Notes under the pieces: generated by a model
The model's input: the letters and a program-made list of their open reading frames with translations, nothing else
What the model was told of the DNA's origin: nothing
The model's database searches: none
In this document: positions 21,700-34,135 of the stretch, piece by piece
How positions within the stretch are numbered: position 1 is the stretch's first letter
Layout: each line of letters starts with the position of its first letter
Made by a program: the position numbers and the translations under genes
Origin: Squalus acanthias
Lineage: Eukaryota
Reading direction: 5' to 3'
DNA: 64,000 bases
NCBI GenBank assembly: GCA_030390025.1
Contig: CM059438.1
Location: forward strand, 69,442,001-69,506,000

Positions 21700-23507
21700 T
21701 TGAGATACTACTTTCTCACCCTCCAACTAAATTTGAAATTCAACCATGCTATGATCGCTGTTTCCTAGAGGATCCTTTACTATGAGATCATTTATTAATT
21801 CTGTCTCATTACACAGTACCAGATCCAAGATAGCCTGCTCCCTGGTTGGTTCCATTACATACTGTTCTCGGAAACCATCCCGGATGCACTCTATGAACTC
21901 CTCCTCAAGGCTACCATGGCCAATTTGATTTGTCCAATCAATATGGAGATTAAAATCACCCATGATTATTACCGTACCTTTTTTACAGGCCTCCATTATT
22001 TGTTGATTTATACTCTGTCCAACAGTATTGCTACTGTTCAGGGACCTGTAGACTCAGCCCACCAAAGACTTTTTCCCCTTATTTTTTATCTCCACCCAAA
22101 CCAATTCTACATCTTGATCTTCTGAGCCAATATCACTTCTCACCAATGCACTGATCCCATCCTTTACCAACAAAGCCACACCACCTCCCTTTCCTTTCTG
22201 TCTATCCTTCCGAATTGTCAAATACCCTGGAATATTCAGTTCCCAGCCCTGGTCACCTTGCAACCACATCTGTGTAATGGCGATCAGATCATACCCATTT
22301 GTATCTATTTGTGCCGTCAGCTCTTCTATCTTGTTATGAATGCTGCATGCATTCATATATAGAGCTTTTAACTTTGTCTTTTTACCATTTCTCCTTGTTT
22401 TGGCCTCATTTTCTGTTGCTCTCTTATTTTTAAACATTCTGTCCCTTCCTGTCACACTCTGGTTATTATTTCCCCCATCTCTATCCTGCTCTATTGCTTT
22501 CTCATTTCTCATTGATTTTTTTAATTCCCGCTCACCTGGATCCTCCCCCACCACTATTTAGTTTAAAGCCCTCTCTACAGCCCTAGTTATTCGATTTGCC
22601 AGGACTCTAGCCCCAGTATGGTTCAAGTGAAGCCCGTCCAAACGGAACAGCTCCCTCTTATCCCAGTACTGGTGCCAGTGCCCCACAAATCGAATCCCAT
22701 TTCTCCCACACCAGTCTTTGAGCCACTCATTCATTTCTCTGACCTTATTTACCCTATGCAGATTCACTTGTGGCTCAGGTAGTAATCCACAGATTATTAC
22801 CTTTGTGGTTCTGCTTTTTAATTTAGCCTCTAGCTGCTCATACTCCCTCAGCAGAACCTCTTTCTTTGTCCTACCTATGTCATTGGTGCCTACGTGACTA
22901 CACTTCAAAAAGTACTTCATTGGCTGTAAATTGCATTGGGATGTCCGGTGGTTGTGAAAGGCGCTATATAAACGCAAGTCTTTCTTTCCTTTCTCTGCTG
23001 ATAGAACATCTGCAGCTATTGCAATGTTTTGTACAGGCCAATGATTATCAGGTTTTTTTTGCTGGCCTGTATGAGATCTACAACTACTTAATCCACTGCT
23101 GACCAAAAAAAAAAGGCTGCAGATAGTGACAAGTCTCGACTAGAATGGAGATGATTGGATAATTCCGCCATCAATCACGTCTGGAGACTACACTGCTGTA
23201 AGTAACTGGGATTGATTTGGTAGCCTGTGCCTTCAATGACAAGCTTGCCTTGTGTTTATGTTGTTTTTGGATGCAGGTTAAACCATTCCTTTTGGTGGTG
23301 TGCTTTACCTCAGGCACAAGGGGTGCTACCTTATTTTACATTCCTGGTGTTGATGCTGACAAATGGCAATGTAAATATTCCATTGAATTTTAAAAATCCT
23401 GGTTGCATTGGGCTCCTGCCAAGGGATAGCTAACATACTCGCACAGCATTCAAGGCTATCATATTCATTTTGAATTAAAATATATATGTCACTTTTCAAT
23501 ATTGGGA

Positions 23508-24305
23508 TCAGTTCTGGCTCAGTGGTAGCTCTCTTGCCTGAGTCAGAAGGCTGTTGATTAATGCCCCACTTCAGGGATATGAGCAAATAATCTGGTCTGA
23601 CACTTCAGTGCAGTACTGAAGAATTGCTGCACTGCTGAAGGTGCTGTCTTTTGGGTGAGACATTAAATCAGGACCCCATCTGCCCTCTATAGTGGATATA
23701 AAAGATTCCATGATACTATTTGAAGTAGAGCAGGGGAGTCCTTCTGGTGCCCCAGCCAATATTTATCTGGCCAATATTTATCCTTCAATGAACCCCCCCC
23801 CCCCCCGCCGCCCGAGATATCTGCGCTCCTCTAATTCTGCCCTCTTGAGCATCCCTGATTATAATCGCTCAACCATTGGTGGCTGTGCCTTCTGTTGCCT
23901 AAGCCCTAAGCTCTGGAATTCCCTGCCTAAACCTCTCCGCCTCGCTACCTCTCTTTCCTCCTTTAAGATGCTCCTTGAAACCTACCTCTTTGACCAAGCT
24001 TTTGGTCACCTGCCCTAATTTCTCCTTATGTGTCAAATTTTTTGTCTTATAATACTCCTGTGAAGCGCCTTGGGACGTCTTACTACGTTTGAGGCGCTTG
24101 ATAAATACAAGTTGTTGTTGTTGTTGAACATCAGAAAAAAAAAACTGATTATCCAGTCATTTATTTCATTGCTGTTTCTGGGATCTTGCTGTGTACACAT
24201 TGGCTGCAGTGTTTTTCTGCAATTACAACAGTGACTACATTTCGAAAGTACTTCATTGGCTGTAAAGCACTTTGGAACATTCTGAGGTCATGAAAGATGC
24301 GATAT
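23508..24305 (+). mobile_element. Deu-domain SINE split by an L2 3' fragment (23794-24124)
   Basis: SINE head and core; insert has LWNSLP motif and (GTT)n tail; TGAAC duplicated at 23789-23793 and 24125-24129. Confidence 0.75.
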
Positions 24306-26294
24306 GAATGTTCGTGACATTCAAATATACACAAAGGAACTATTTAGATAAGTTCAATGATATTGTGAATTTACTTTATATTTTTCTTATGTTAAAAACC
24401 TTTATCTTTATGACTCTCCTATACACTGATGCTCCTTGGCCCACCTCCAATCCTCAGCTCCACAAGCTGCCCACCAAGCCACCTGCACCTATCCCATGAT
24501 TGCTTCCTGGCAGCTCCTGCACTATGATGGGTCTTGCCTTGGCTTGTTCCTGGCTCGAACCTGTTGTAATGCTTTCTTACAAGTCTCTACTCTTAAGTCC
24601 ACAAGCAATACTGTGAGAGGTATACCATTGTGTGTTTGAAAATCCTGGTGAAAAATTGGGAGAAGAGTCAGCTTAAGCTGCTCAAATGCATAAGACTGTG
24701 AGTCGATTGAATTGGGCCTTTGACAGATGATTAGAAGCAAGTCACAATCGTGCACACTCAGCCAACAGGTAGTGCATAGCACAGCGGATCTGAAGAGGGG
24801 AACAAAGATACATTTCTATAATATGTGTATTGCTTGGACATTTTTGTATTTTCCCTGCTTAAAGGCTTTCTTTGCCAATTACTTTAAACTAGGTTACAAC
24901 CTGTCAATTCTTTTTAAAGCTACTGATGCTTACTTCCCTCGTTACAGCTTTGTTTTATTATCATTGGGTCTACAATACTGCCAGTTCCATACTGGTTCAG
25001 TTGATGGTCAGTGGGTCTCGTGGATGTTGTGAGGACAGTCAGTTTCATATCGCTTATTATTCTGATTATGTAGCAAGAGCTTGTGAGGAAGTAGGGCAGT
25101 CACGGACCACACTTAGCGCTCTCAAATCTGTAGAAGAGTTTCAGGGAGCCGACTGTCCAAGAAAACATTCTGGAAGTGTGAGGCACCGGATCACTGAGGA
25201 ACAAGGTTCAAAGATATATGAATCGCATGAACTCTATGACCAGGTTACAGCCCATCTGATGATAGTCTAACAGTTCGCGTTTGTTTTCAACCTCTTAGTT
25301 TCCCTTTGCCACAAACCAGTTCCTGGCCAAGATGGTAGCCAGGTATCTTACTTCTCAGTCAGTGATGCTGTTGAACTGTCTGCTTGCAGGTGCTTGAGAC
25401 TTGCTAGTGATTTTTCCTTAGCACTGTATGGAAATGCCTTGTTTCTGCTTGGCATCTTTCCCTGACATCCCTGCATGGGGAGAAGTGCCAATGTGATGCA
25501 TCATTGACCTACACACCATATATATATAAAGCAGTGTCTTTAAGAAAAGATTGTGTGGAAGTTCCCTCCACCCCCCAGCCCCCACTTCCAGGTTCAGTTG
25601 GTAAAGATAATAACCAGTATGGAACCGAGCCATAGAAACAAGCAGGTCCCATGTTTGATGCTTGGTTTATACTGAATTAGTTGATCTCAGCTAGACAGCA
25701 GGTGGGTTTCTACAATCCTTAGAAACCTTAGACTAGGGAGGGGGATAAACCAGACAGGATTTTTATCAAGTAAGCCCTGTTTCAAAGTATACAAGTGGAC
25801 ATTGAGTGAGGACAGGCTCAGGTTTGGCTGTGCCCCTTGCCCCCGTGGGAGAATAGGCTGTTGAATCTCAGTGTCTCGGCTCACACATGAAGAATGAATG
25901 GTACCAAAGGGCTGCCTGCACTCCTGGATCTATACAGTGTCTGTCCAAGGGAAAGGAGGGTGGTTGGTGGGGAGGGGCAGGATGGGGGTTGGGGGGGTGG
26001 GGGTGGGGGGGGAACTTCGAGAAAATGTTCAGCAGTAACTAGATTCAGCACCAGTACTCACGCTCCTTTCCATCAAAGCCTGGGCAAAATGTTGATGAAT
26101 ATGGAATTCTGCTACACTTGTTAAAATGATTCTCTATGTACTGATAGAATATGATAGTGTGTTGTATGACTTTTTAAAAAAAAAGTGGACATTGTAAACA
26201 GCAGTACTGAAACCAAGAGGGACATTTACAACATCGGCACTTGTGCAAAGTGTGAGCAAATAATGTATTCTAGGACACAGACGTTGCAGACAAT

Positions 26295-27039
26295 GGCCCA
26301 GAAATTGATCTCGCTCTGTTCCCGCGGGGGTAAGGCTTCCCCGCGATCTCTCACTCCGCGTTGGCTTTTTCAGATCCAGCTCGCACGAACTTGATGTTCC
26401 AGACATCAGCTGGGCAGTGCTTGCGTATCCCACCGGCGTAGTGAATTCGTGCGAGCTGTGGGATCACGTGACTCAGTTAGAGCCAATGGCAGCACACCAT
26501 CTTCCATTCATAAGTTTCACATACGTGCTGTGAAAGCTATGAATCTTACACCCCCCCAAAATAACAGCTAAACCTCAATTAAATTTAAAAAAAAAACCAT
26601 CACATTAATAAAATAAGTATAGTTAAATAAATTAACCATTTTAAATAAAAAATTAAATTTTTGAAAAAATGTAATATCTTTTAAAAAGTTATAAAAATAA
26701 ACTTACCTGTCTTTAAAGTCTCTAAAAAAAGATATACCTGTTAAAAAAAATTCAAAAAAATACTTAATTCACTACTTACCTTGTTAAAAGTGGGTCTTAC
26801 TCCTCCTTTTTCCATTTCTAAAATCTTCCGTCCTTACCTGCGCGTCCAAAGCATGAAGTGCACAGCGTGCGCGCAGCCTGTAGCGCGCACGCGATGCACC
26901 GAGGAACCGCCCCCTTTTCCAAAGACCAAGTGCTGGTTTTCAGCGCATGCGCAGGGCATGCAGAAAACTGGCAATTGGAGAGAGAATACGCGAGAGTACG
27001 CAGTGCGTACTCTCGCGCAGCGGGATGAATTTTTGGCCC
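26295..27039. mobile_element. Harbinger-type MITE (family B)
   Basis: TIR GGCCCAGAAATT / GGGCCAAAAATT; colinear with 49407-50169. Confidence 0.75.
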
Positions 27040-27164
27040 ATTATCAGTGAAAATGCCCCTGTTTGGAAAGAGCCACTTTTTGGTGGAAAGTTTCTGTCTG
27101 CCTCCCAATGCTCAGGAATGATTCCATCTCTCATTCTTTCTGTGGTCTCATATGAAATGTTCAT

Positions 27165-27218
27165 GTGTATAGCTTAGGGTATAATATAAAAGTGTATAGC
27201 TTAGGGTATAATATAAAA
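27165..27218. repeat. 27-bp direct tandem duplication
   Basis: GTGTATAGCTTAGGGTATAATATAAAA x2. Confidence 0.95.
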
Positions 27219-27263
27219 GTTAGATCAAAGGCATGTTAATTCTAAGTGTGAATAAGTCACTAA

Positions 27264-28023
27264 GTCAAGGGCAGTCACTCTCACCTCACCTCTGGAGCTG
27301 AATTCCAGAGGTGAGGTGAGAGTGACTGCCCTTGACATCAAGGCAGCATTTGATCGAGTCTGGCATCAAGGAGCCCGAGTGAAACTGAAGTCAATGGGAA
27401 TCGGGGGGAAAACGCTCCACTGGCTGGAGTCGTACCTAGCACAAAGGAAGATGGTTGTGGTGGTTCAAGGTCAATCATCACAGCCCCAGGACATCGCTGC
27501 AGGAGTTCCTCAGGGCAGTGTCCTAGGCCCAACCATCTTCACCTGCTTCATCGATGACCTTCCCTCCAGCATAAGGTCAGAAATGGGGATGTTCGCTGAT
27601 GACTGCACAGTGTTCAGCACCATTCACAACTCCACAGATAATGAAGCAGTCCATGCCCGCATGCAACAAGGCCTGGACGACGTTCAGGCTTGGGCTGATA
27701 AGTGGCAGGTAACATTCGCGCCACAGAAGTGCCAGGCAATGACTATCTCCAACAAGCGAGAGTCTAACCACCTCCCCTTGACATTCAATGGCATTACCAT
27801 CCCCTCCAAGTCACACATCATCCTGACTTAGAAGTATATCGCCGATCCTTCATCGTCGCTGGGTCAAAATCCTGGAACTCCCTACCTAACAGCACTGTGG
27901 AGTACCATCACCACACGCGGTTCAAGAAGGCGGCTCACCACCACCTTCTCAAGGGCAACTCGGGATGGGCAATAAATGCTGGCATTGCCAGTGACGCCCA
28001 GATCCCATAAACGAATAAAAAAA
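27264..28023 (+). mobile_element. Non-LTR LINE (CR1/L2 group, second family) 3' fragment with 5' fold-back
   Basis: [31 protein letters not shown]; same family as 44142-45785; internal deletion. Confidence 0.85.
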
Positions 28024-28833
28024 ATTTAAAAAAATCTTGTACATGGAATAGCAAGTATCTGCAGACTTCTTGTCTATCATCATGAAAATATTCATGATCT
28101 GGGAATATACACAAACTTATTTCAATGAACAGATTGCAAAACAAAAAAAAGGTTATGTTAGTTGACATTTCAGCCCAACCCTGCTTTCTCATTGAGCGAG
28201 AGAATTGAACATTGTTGAGTCTTGTTAACTGGGCCCCATTTGTCAGAGGAAAAAAAAGTGTGAAAATGTAACACGAGTATTTTCATGTTACTGGTTTACC
28301 ATGCTATGTAATTGGCTGTTGAAGAATGATGACATGATTGAATCATTCTAGAGAAATTGCTATCATAATATCTAACCATACCTTTAATGTTGTATTGTTT
28401 AAGGGGCGAACATCACATAACAAGAGATGACTTTGCGTAAAAGAACTTAAAGGTGGTCATGGATCATGGTCAGGAACTTAGCATCGCAGTGGAGTCTGAG
28501 GGACAGGGTGGGAGCAGGTTTACTCAGAGGAGAAGCTTGGTATACAGCCAATGCATAATATACATTTTAATGAGATAAGAGCCAGTTCATTATGTCACAC
28601 TGGCAAGAAGGCAGCTGCAGGTTGTGTCAGGCCTGAGGCCCGAAACAGATACAGGGTAGCTGGTGCAAAGGCATCCAAAGGTCACGTTGGTAGTATTCCT
28701 GATGTTGAGAGGTTTTGCGTGAATGCAAGGAAGGCAGTGGGAATATTGCAGCGAGAAACCTAGTGTTCGGAGACCTTGTGAATGTAGGGCAGGAAGCTGG
28801 TTGAGGTAGGCCCAAAAGTCCAATATAACAATA

Positions 28834-29389
28834 CAGGTTGAGCATCCTGAATCCGGCAACCTCGGGACCGAGGCCGAGCCGGTTTTCGTGTTTTTCCGGA
28901 CTTCGGAACGTGTTTCTGATGTCCGAAGTCCGTAAATATAGCAACCTGGGCTTGGGCGTTTCTGGACTTCGGACATCAGGAACACGTTCCGAGTCCGGAA
29001 ATGCCTGGGCCGCTCCGCGTAGTACCGACGCGTTTCTCCGCCCCTCCCCTTCTGTTAAAGGGGAGGGACGCTGCGAGCTCTGCAGAGCATCCAATGGCCC
29101 ACACTAGGCCACCAGAGCGGCGTGGTGCCGTGGCTGCAGCCTGGCGGAAACACTTAGTGGAGCTGTGCAGATTAAGGAGGATAAAACACAACACTAAAGT
29201 TTTATTGCATCACTCGCATTTTTCATAGGATTTTTCAAACAAAGACAACAAAAGTTAATGGCTTTTTGAAGTACAGGTTGAGCGTCCAAAATCCAGAGTT
29301 CCGGATTGGGAACATTTTACGGATTCCGGACGACCCTGCCACCAATCGTCCCGGATTCCGGAACTCCAGGATTTTGGACGCTCAACCTG
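28834..29389. mobile_element. Tigger/pogo-like MITE composite
   Basis: TA-flanked CAGGTTGAGC termini at 28834, 29274 and (inverted) 29389; 21-bp perfect TIR pair on 29274-29389. Confidence 0.75.
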
Positions 29390-31319
29390 TACTAAAATAG
29401 GTAAGAATACATGAAGTTTAGTTAGATATATAAAAATATTTGAAAGAAAAAAATTAAACTTACAACTATTGGAGCTATGGGAAATTAGAGCTGGAGCTTT
29501 TGACAGCGGTGCCACTCAGAGCTGGGAAATTTTGTATTTACAACACTGATAAAACTTTTATTTTGCACTTGGGCTCCAAAATGATTTGCTTTGTGGGCTC
29601 TTTTCCCTTGAGCCCATTGCAGGAACACAATTAAGGACAATCATACACAACCCACACAGTCAAAGCAAGACTTGTAAACACTTACTGGTTTCTGTAAGAA
29701 CTCACTTAAAACTACATCACTGCTTTTCTTTAAGCCCTCAGGAATCCATCTGCTTGATACGAAGTTTGACGCACAGCATGTGAATGGAGTTGTTTTTCAG
29801 CCAATGGTTTCCCATTCCTGACTGAAGCAGTTGTTATGAAATATTTATCGAAATCAGTGTTGTCCAATGCATTAACCACATGCCACGTGCGGCTAATTGG
29901 GAATCCAGATGTGGCAAATCGCATTTGTGATTAGTAAATAAAAAATGAATTGCAGACACCATTGTTGGGCATGTGCTACTCATGGCATAGGCACTATTTG
30001 AGGAAACTCCACAGCTAATTTGTACACAACAAGGTCTCGCAAACAGCAACTTTTTGGCGATGCCCAGGATGTGGGGGGTAACTCCTTACTCATCTTCAAA
30101 CAATGTCATGTAATCTTTAAGGCCACCTGAGCCACCAGAACAGGCCAGTTTGATATCTCATCTAAAAGATGACACCTTTGACAATTCCTTCAATACTGCA
30201 GTGAAGTGTCAGCCTACATGGACTCGCAACAGATTCATAGGTAAGAGTGCGACCAACTGAGCTAAGCTGGCACTCATACGAGTCAATGGCTAGGAGTCAT
30301 ACAGGATTCACTGGATTGTGATCAGGAGTGGGATTTTTTTTTCTCTCCCTAGATTGGAGACACTGAGGCCAATTATAGTGTTGTTCCCAGTGCTCCAGGT
30401 GAGATCAGGTAACTAAGGACAGACAAGGGATCAAACCTGTGACCATCTTGGTCTATATGGCTCACTATTACATTGGGTGATGAATTTACTCACTAAGTAA
30501 TCCGAGTAAATTGCGGAATTTTCCCTCCAACATGCAATAGAAATAAAAGCACTGTGCCGTTGCTATGTAGGAATGTGAGGAAAGGTGTGAAAATAAGACA
30601 GAAGCATGGCAGAGGTACTTGAGCAAGAGTTGGATAGAGACAACTGGTCTTGTACCAGTATAACTGAACTAACATGGCATTTATTCAGCACTGAAATACA
30701 GGAGCATTCCATGCAGCATCATTACAAATCTGACGATTTATGGTTAATCTTTCTGACCCTTCATTCTTGTGCATCATTTATATTGCCAAGTGTATCCCCC
30801 AGTGTCAGAAGCAGTTCTTAACAAAGACTTGTCTTGGTTCTACATAGCACAGTTGGGGTAATCAGTTCATTTTTGCAGAGAAATAAATTGACTTCTGAGA
30901 ATGCTCCATTTGCGAGATCTCTTGTATCTGCAGGTGTTACTGGATAGTGAGTCACACAGTGTTAATAATACTGTACTGCGTACTATGATTTTTTTTTTTC
31001 AAAAGCTGTAATTAAAGTCAGTAAACCTTGCACAATCTTGCGCACACAGTTGTTTTTCTGTTTGGTGTGGTAGAAACTGTGTAAATGGGGTAGATTTCAC
31101 AAATTGCTTTAAGTAGCAATTCTGCAATGTAAATATGACAGAGTGCATATATGCATTTTACAAAAAAGAATAAGCCAGGTTGTTTTGTGCCAAGAAAATG
31201 GAGCCAGGCAAATCAGTCAATTAGTGACCCTCGTGTACGTATGTGTTGGTCCCTGTTGCTTTCCATGGCTGTTCCTTCCCCCCTCCCACTCCAGCTCCCA
31301 CATAAACACAAGTACTCAC

Positions 31320-31346
31320 CAGAGGAACCAGTTTTTTTCCAGGCAT
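31320..31346 (-). other. Candidate short coding exon end (MPGKKLVPL + GTGAGT donor)
   Basis: AAAATG start context, 9 codons, CTG|GTGAGT; no homology recognised. Confidence 0.2.
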
Positions 31347-33978
31347 TTTGTGAGTTCGATGACAGGATGTGCGCACAACAGAAGCTAATGGATCCTTCCA
31401 GACCTCACGCACCACATGACTGGCTCTAATTTTCTGTATGATAAATTAGTGTAAAATGTTTTAAAAAAACACTTTCAAGTCCAAGCATTGCTGACCTGAA
31501 TTGCACTAATGTTAGTCCAAATTCATCTACCTGTTTGCAGAATGTACATTTGTCTGAATATCTCTTTCCATGCTACTCTGCCAACATGAATGGGTTCCAC
31601 CACATGACAATTGCCAACTCACCATTTGAGATGTATGGCAGCAATGCCAGGCCACTGGACAAGAAGTGTGCAATGCACAATGTTAGGTTATGGGTGTTGT
31701 GACTGTGGATGTGGCTGGTGCTGCCACAATGTTACTTCTGCATTTCCTGCTATTTACAGAGTAAAAACCAGTCGACAGTCAATCCACTCAGCTCCAACTA
31801 TAATTATTGCTCAGTCCTACATTCTTGTTGGTAAGGCCCACCAATAATTATGCTGCATTTCATCCAAGTTTCTAATAACTGCTTATCACCAAGACTCTCT
31901 GCAGTGAGCAAGTTTAATCTATTGTGTATAGTGAGCTAAGCCCTGCTGTTTCACTGTTGAATGATGAGGCAGTCACCCCAGCCAATCTAATGTAGCCCTT
32001 TGGCATTGGTCACAGATTGACACTGGTGCTGGCATGGAAGCAGGCTAATCTCATTGACATGTAACACAAAGGACTTTTAAAGGGCATATGGATGTTAAGA
32101 TTTCCTTAGTAAAATAGTAGTGACAGCATTTATTGGGTTAACTGAACAGGACTCTTTATTAAGGAGGGAAAAGATCAAGGTAAGATCCAGATCTAAATTT
32201 GTTTATTGTGGTACAAATGGGAGAAATTAATAGAAAATAATTAAATACAAGTGGATTACATTCACCAGTCATCTGAACGTTGTCTTTTAAATCCACCACA
32301 AGTTTTCAATTTTCAAGGTTCTGAATCCAGTTAGAGGGGAGCTTATATGTTATGCACCTTGATCTTTGCATCAACATCCATGGAAATGTTTTCTGTTGTT
32401 CTTAGTAAAATCTTCTCTAATCCTCATTACGAAGCACTCCCTCTTCTGTCATGTGCTATGCCACGAGGCAAAGCTCGGTGGCCATAATGGTGCAAATCTC
32501 TACTTCCAGTAAATTGTTTTACTTGATTCTAAAAAAAAAACTAGGAATTAGTTTATAAATTTTCATGCACTTACATTTTTTATTATTCATGAAGAGATAT
32601 TTACAAAACATTACATTACAGCTCTTCGCCGAGGTAGGAGTGGGTTTAGGCAGCATATGCAAAAATAGATATTCTTCATGTGTAAGCCTAAGCAGGAAGT
32701 ATCTGCAGACTAATTGACCATGTATGTGGCAAGCTGAATCCTGTCCTGTGCTGATATCTTCATACATGTACTTTACTGCAAAAGGTAATTGGGAGAGGGA
32801 ACCCTGTTTGTTTTTTTTCTCCTCCTAAGCCTATTGACACTGAGGCCAGTTGTTCGCACTCTAACCTCTATCCCAGTTGAGATCAACTAACTCCGCACAA
32901 ACCAAGGTCCACCCTTCCTAGCCTGTGTCGCAAAATACCAGACCTTGAAGTGACTGTAGTTTTAAGTCTAATTTTGAAGTAATACAACTCGGGACTGCTT
33001 GAGATTGAAGATTATTAGTGCTGTAATGTTACAGAAGTAAAAGATTCCATGGCACTATTCAAAGAGAATTAGGGACTTTTCCTAGTGTCCCAGCCAACAT
33101 TCGTCCCTCAACCAACACCACCAAAAACAGATTGTCTGGCGATTCATTCGTTTGCTGTCTGTGGGACCTTGCTGTGCAAAGTCCCTTCCACTCTGGCCCA
33201 ACAGTTTGCCTCAGCCCCAAACCGTACTTAGATTTTTGAAATGCTCTAACCTGTGCACTTTTCCTCCTGCTCCCTACCAACAAGAAAAATCTGTACTTAG
33301 AAAATGGCATCTTTCCATATTTTTTACATACAAAAATCTCCTGCCAACTTGCCTCTTTTCATCTGCTCTAAGAACCTTCTCAGGATGGAGAAACTGTGCC
33401 GAACCTAAATGACGATTGACAGCTCATCACAACTGAATAGGATAGCACTGTCTGAATCCCTGTTGTGAGCCGTTTCCTGGACTTTGTTGCTTTCTGTCTT
33501 TTAGCCTTGGTTGCCAGTCAGCCAATTATGCCTGAATGCAGCACTATTTAGTGTAAGATCAGCGATTGTCCCCCTCTGTGATTGAGCTATCAGTCACCAT
33601 AGATGAAGACAAACATTCTAGACTCAGAAATTATTTTGGGAAAAAAGATCTGCATTGATGTATCCAAATGTAGAAACATGCAAGAAGTTAATTTGGGAAA
33701 TAGAATTGCTGTGGAGCTTTTGAGTAATGTTTTACATATTAAGCCAGATGAATTTTTTTATATTTTAAAAGTTGCCCCTTAGTGTCACAGAATGCAGCTA
33801 GTATTTTTGTGATTGGAGATAATTATGTGAGACTGAATCTAGCCAGTGTAAATATGTCTTTCTAGTTGTTTGGAACTGCTGGATACTATTCCCTTAAGTA
33901 CCGCAGATTCCTGCTTCACTTGGCGGATTGTGAGATCAAGGGGTAGAAGCTTGCTCTTTCCCAGCATCCAGCTCTTAC

Positions 33979-34135
33979 CCAGTGTGAAGAAGCTGCGGAA
34001 GTCGAGCCCGTGGAAATCTCTGCAGTTCTGCGAATGGTGCTGCTCAGCTGTTGCAAAGAACCACTTGCCAGTTTTCCTTCTCTCCCGATCGTTATAAATA
34101 GCCCATTTCACCTTCTGGGGAAAGCCCGAATAAGG
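33979..34135 (-). promoter_or_regulatory. Candidate muscle-type promoter / first exon
   Basis: CArG-like CCTTATTCGG (34126-34135), MEF2/TATA-like CTATTTATAA (34092-34101), E-box CAGCTG (34045-34050), donor G|GTAAG at 33979/33978, local CpG retention. Confidence 0.35.

Larger units (their letters stand above)
14965..22893 (-). mobile_element. CR1-A LINE (part of ORF1 SGNH esterase + ORF2 APE/RT), disrupted and hosting nested insertions
   Basis: HVGTNDIG...DGLHLN (esterase), APE motifs at 21727-22554, RT at 15808-16700, tail at 14965. Confidence 0.9.

Noticed and set aside
24581..24644. Possible - strand micro-exon (TTTTTCACCAG ... GTAAG)
   Set aside because: Weak donor context and unrecognised peptide
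25610..25920. Highly decayed SINE-like relics (also ~30.3, 34.6, 36.8, 39.9, 50.6, 60.9 and 62.4 kb)
   Set aside because: Too diverged to fix boundaries or family by eye
30555..30590. Loose resemblance to miR-206/miR-1 3' arm
   Set aside because: Indels next to the seed and no proper precursor hairpin
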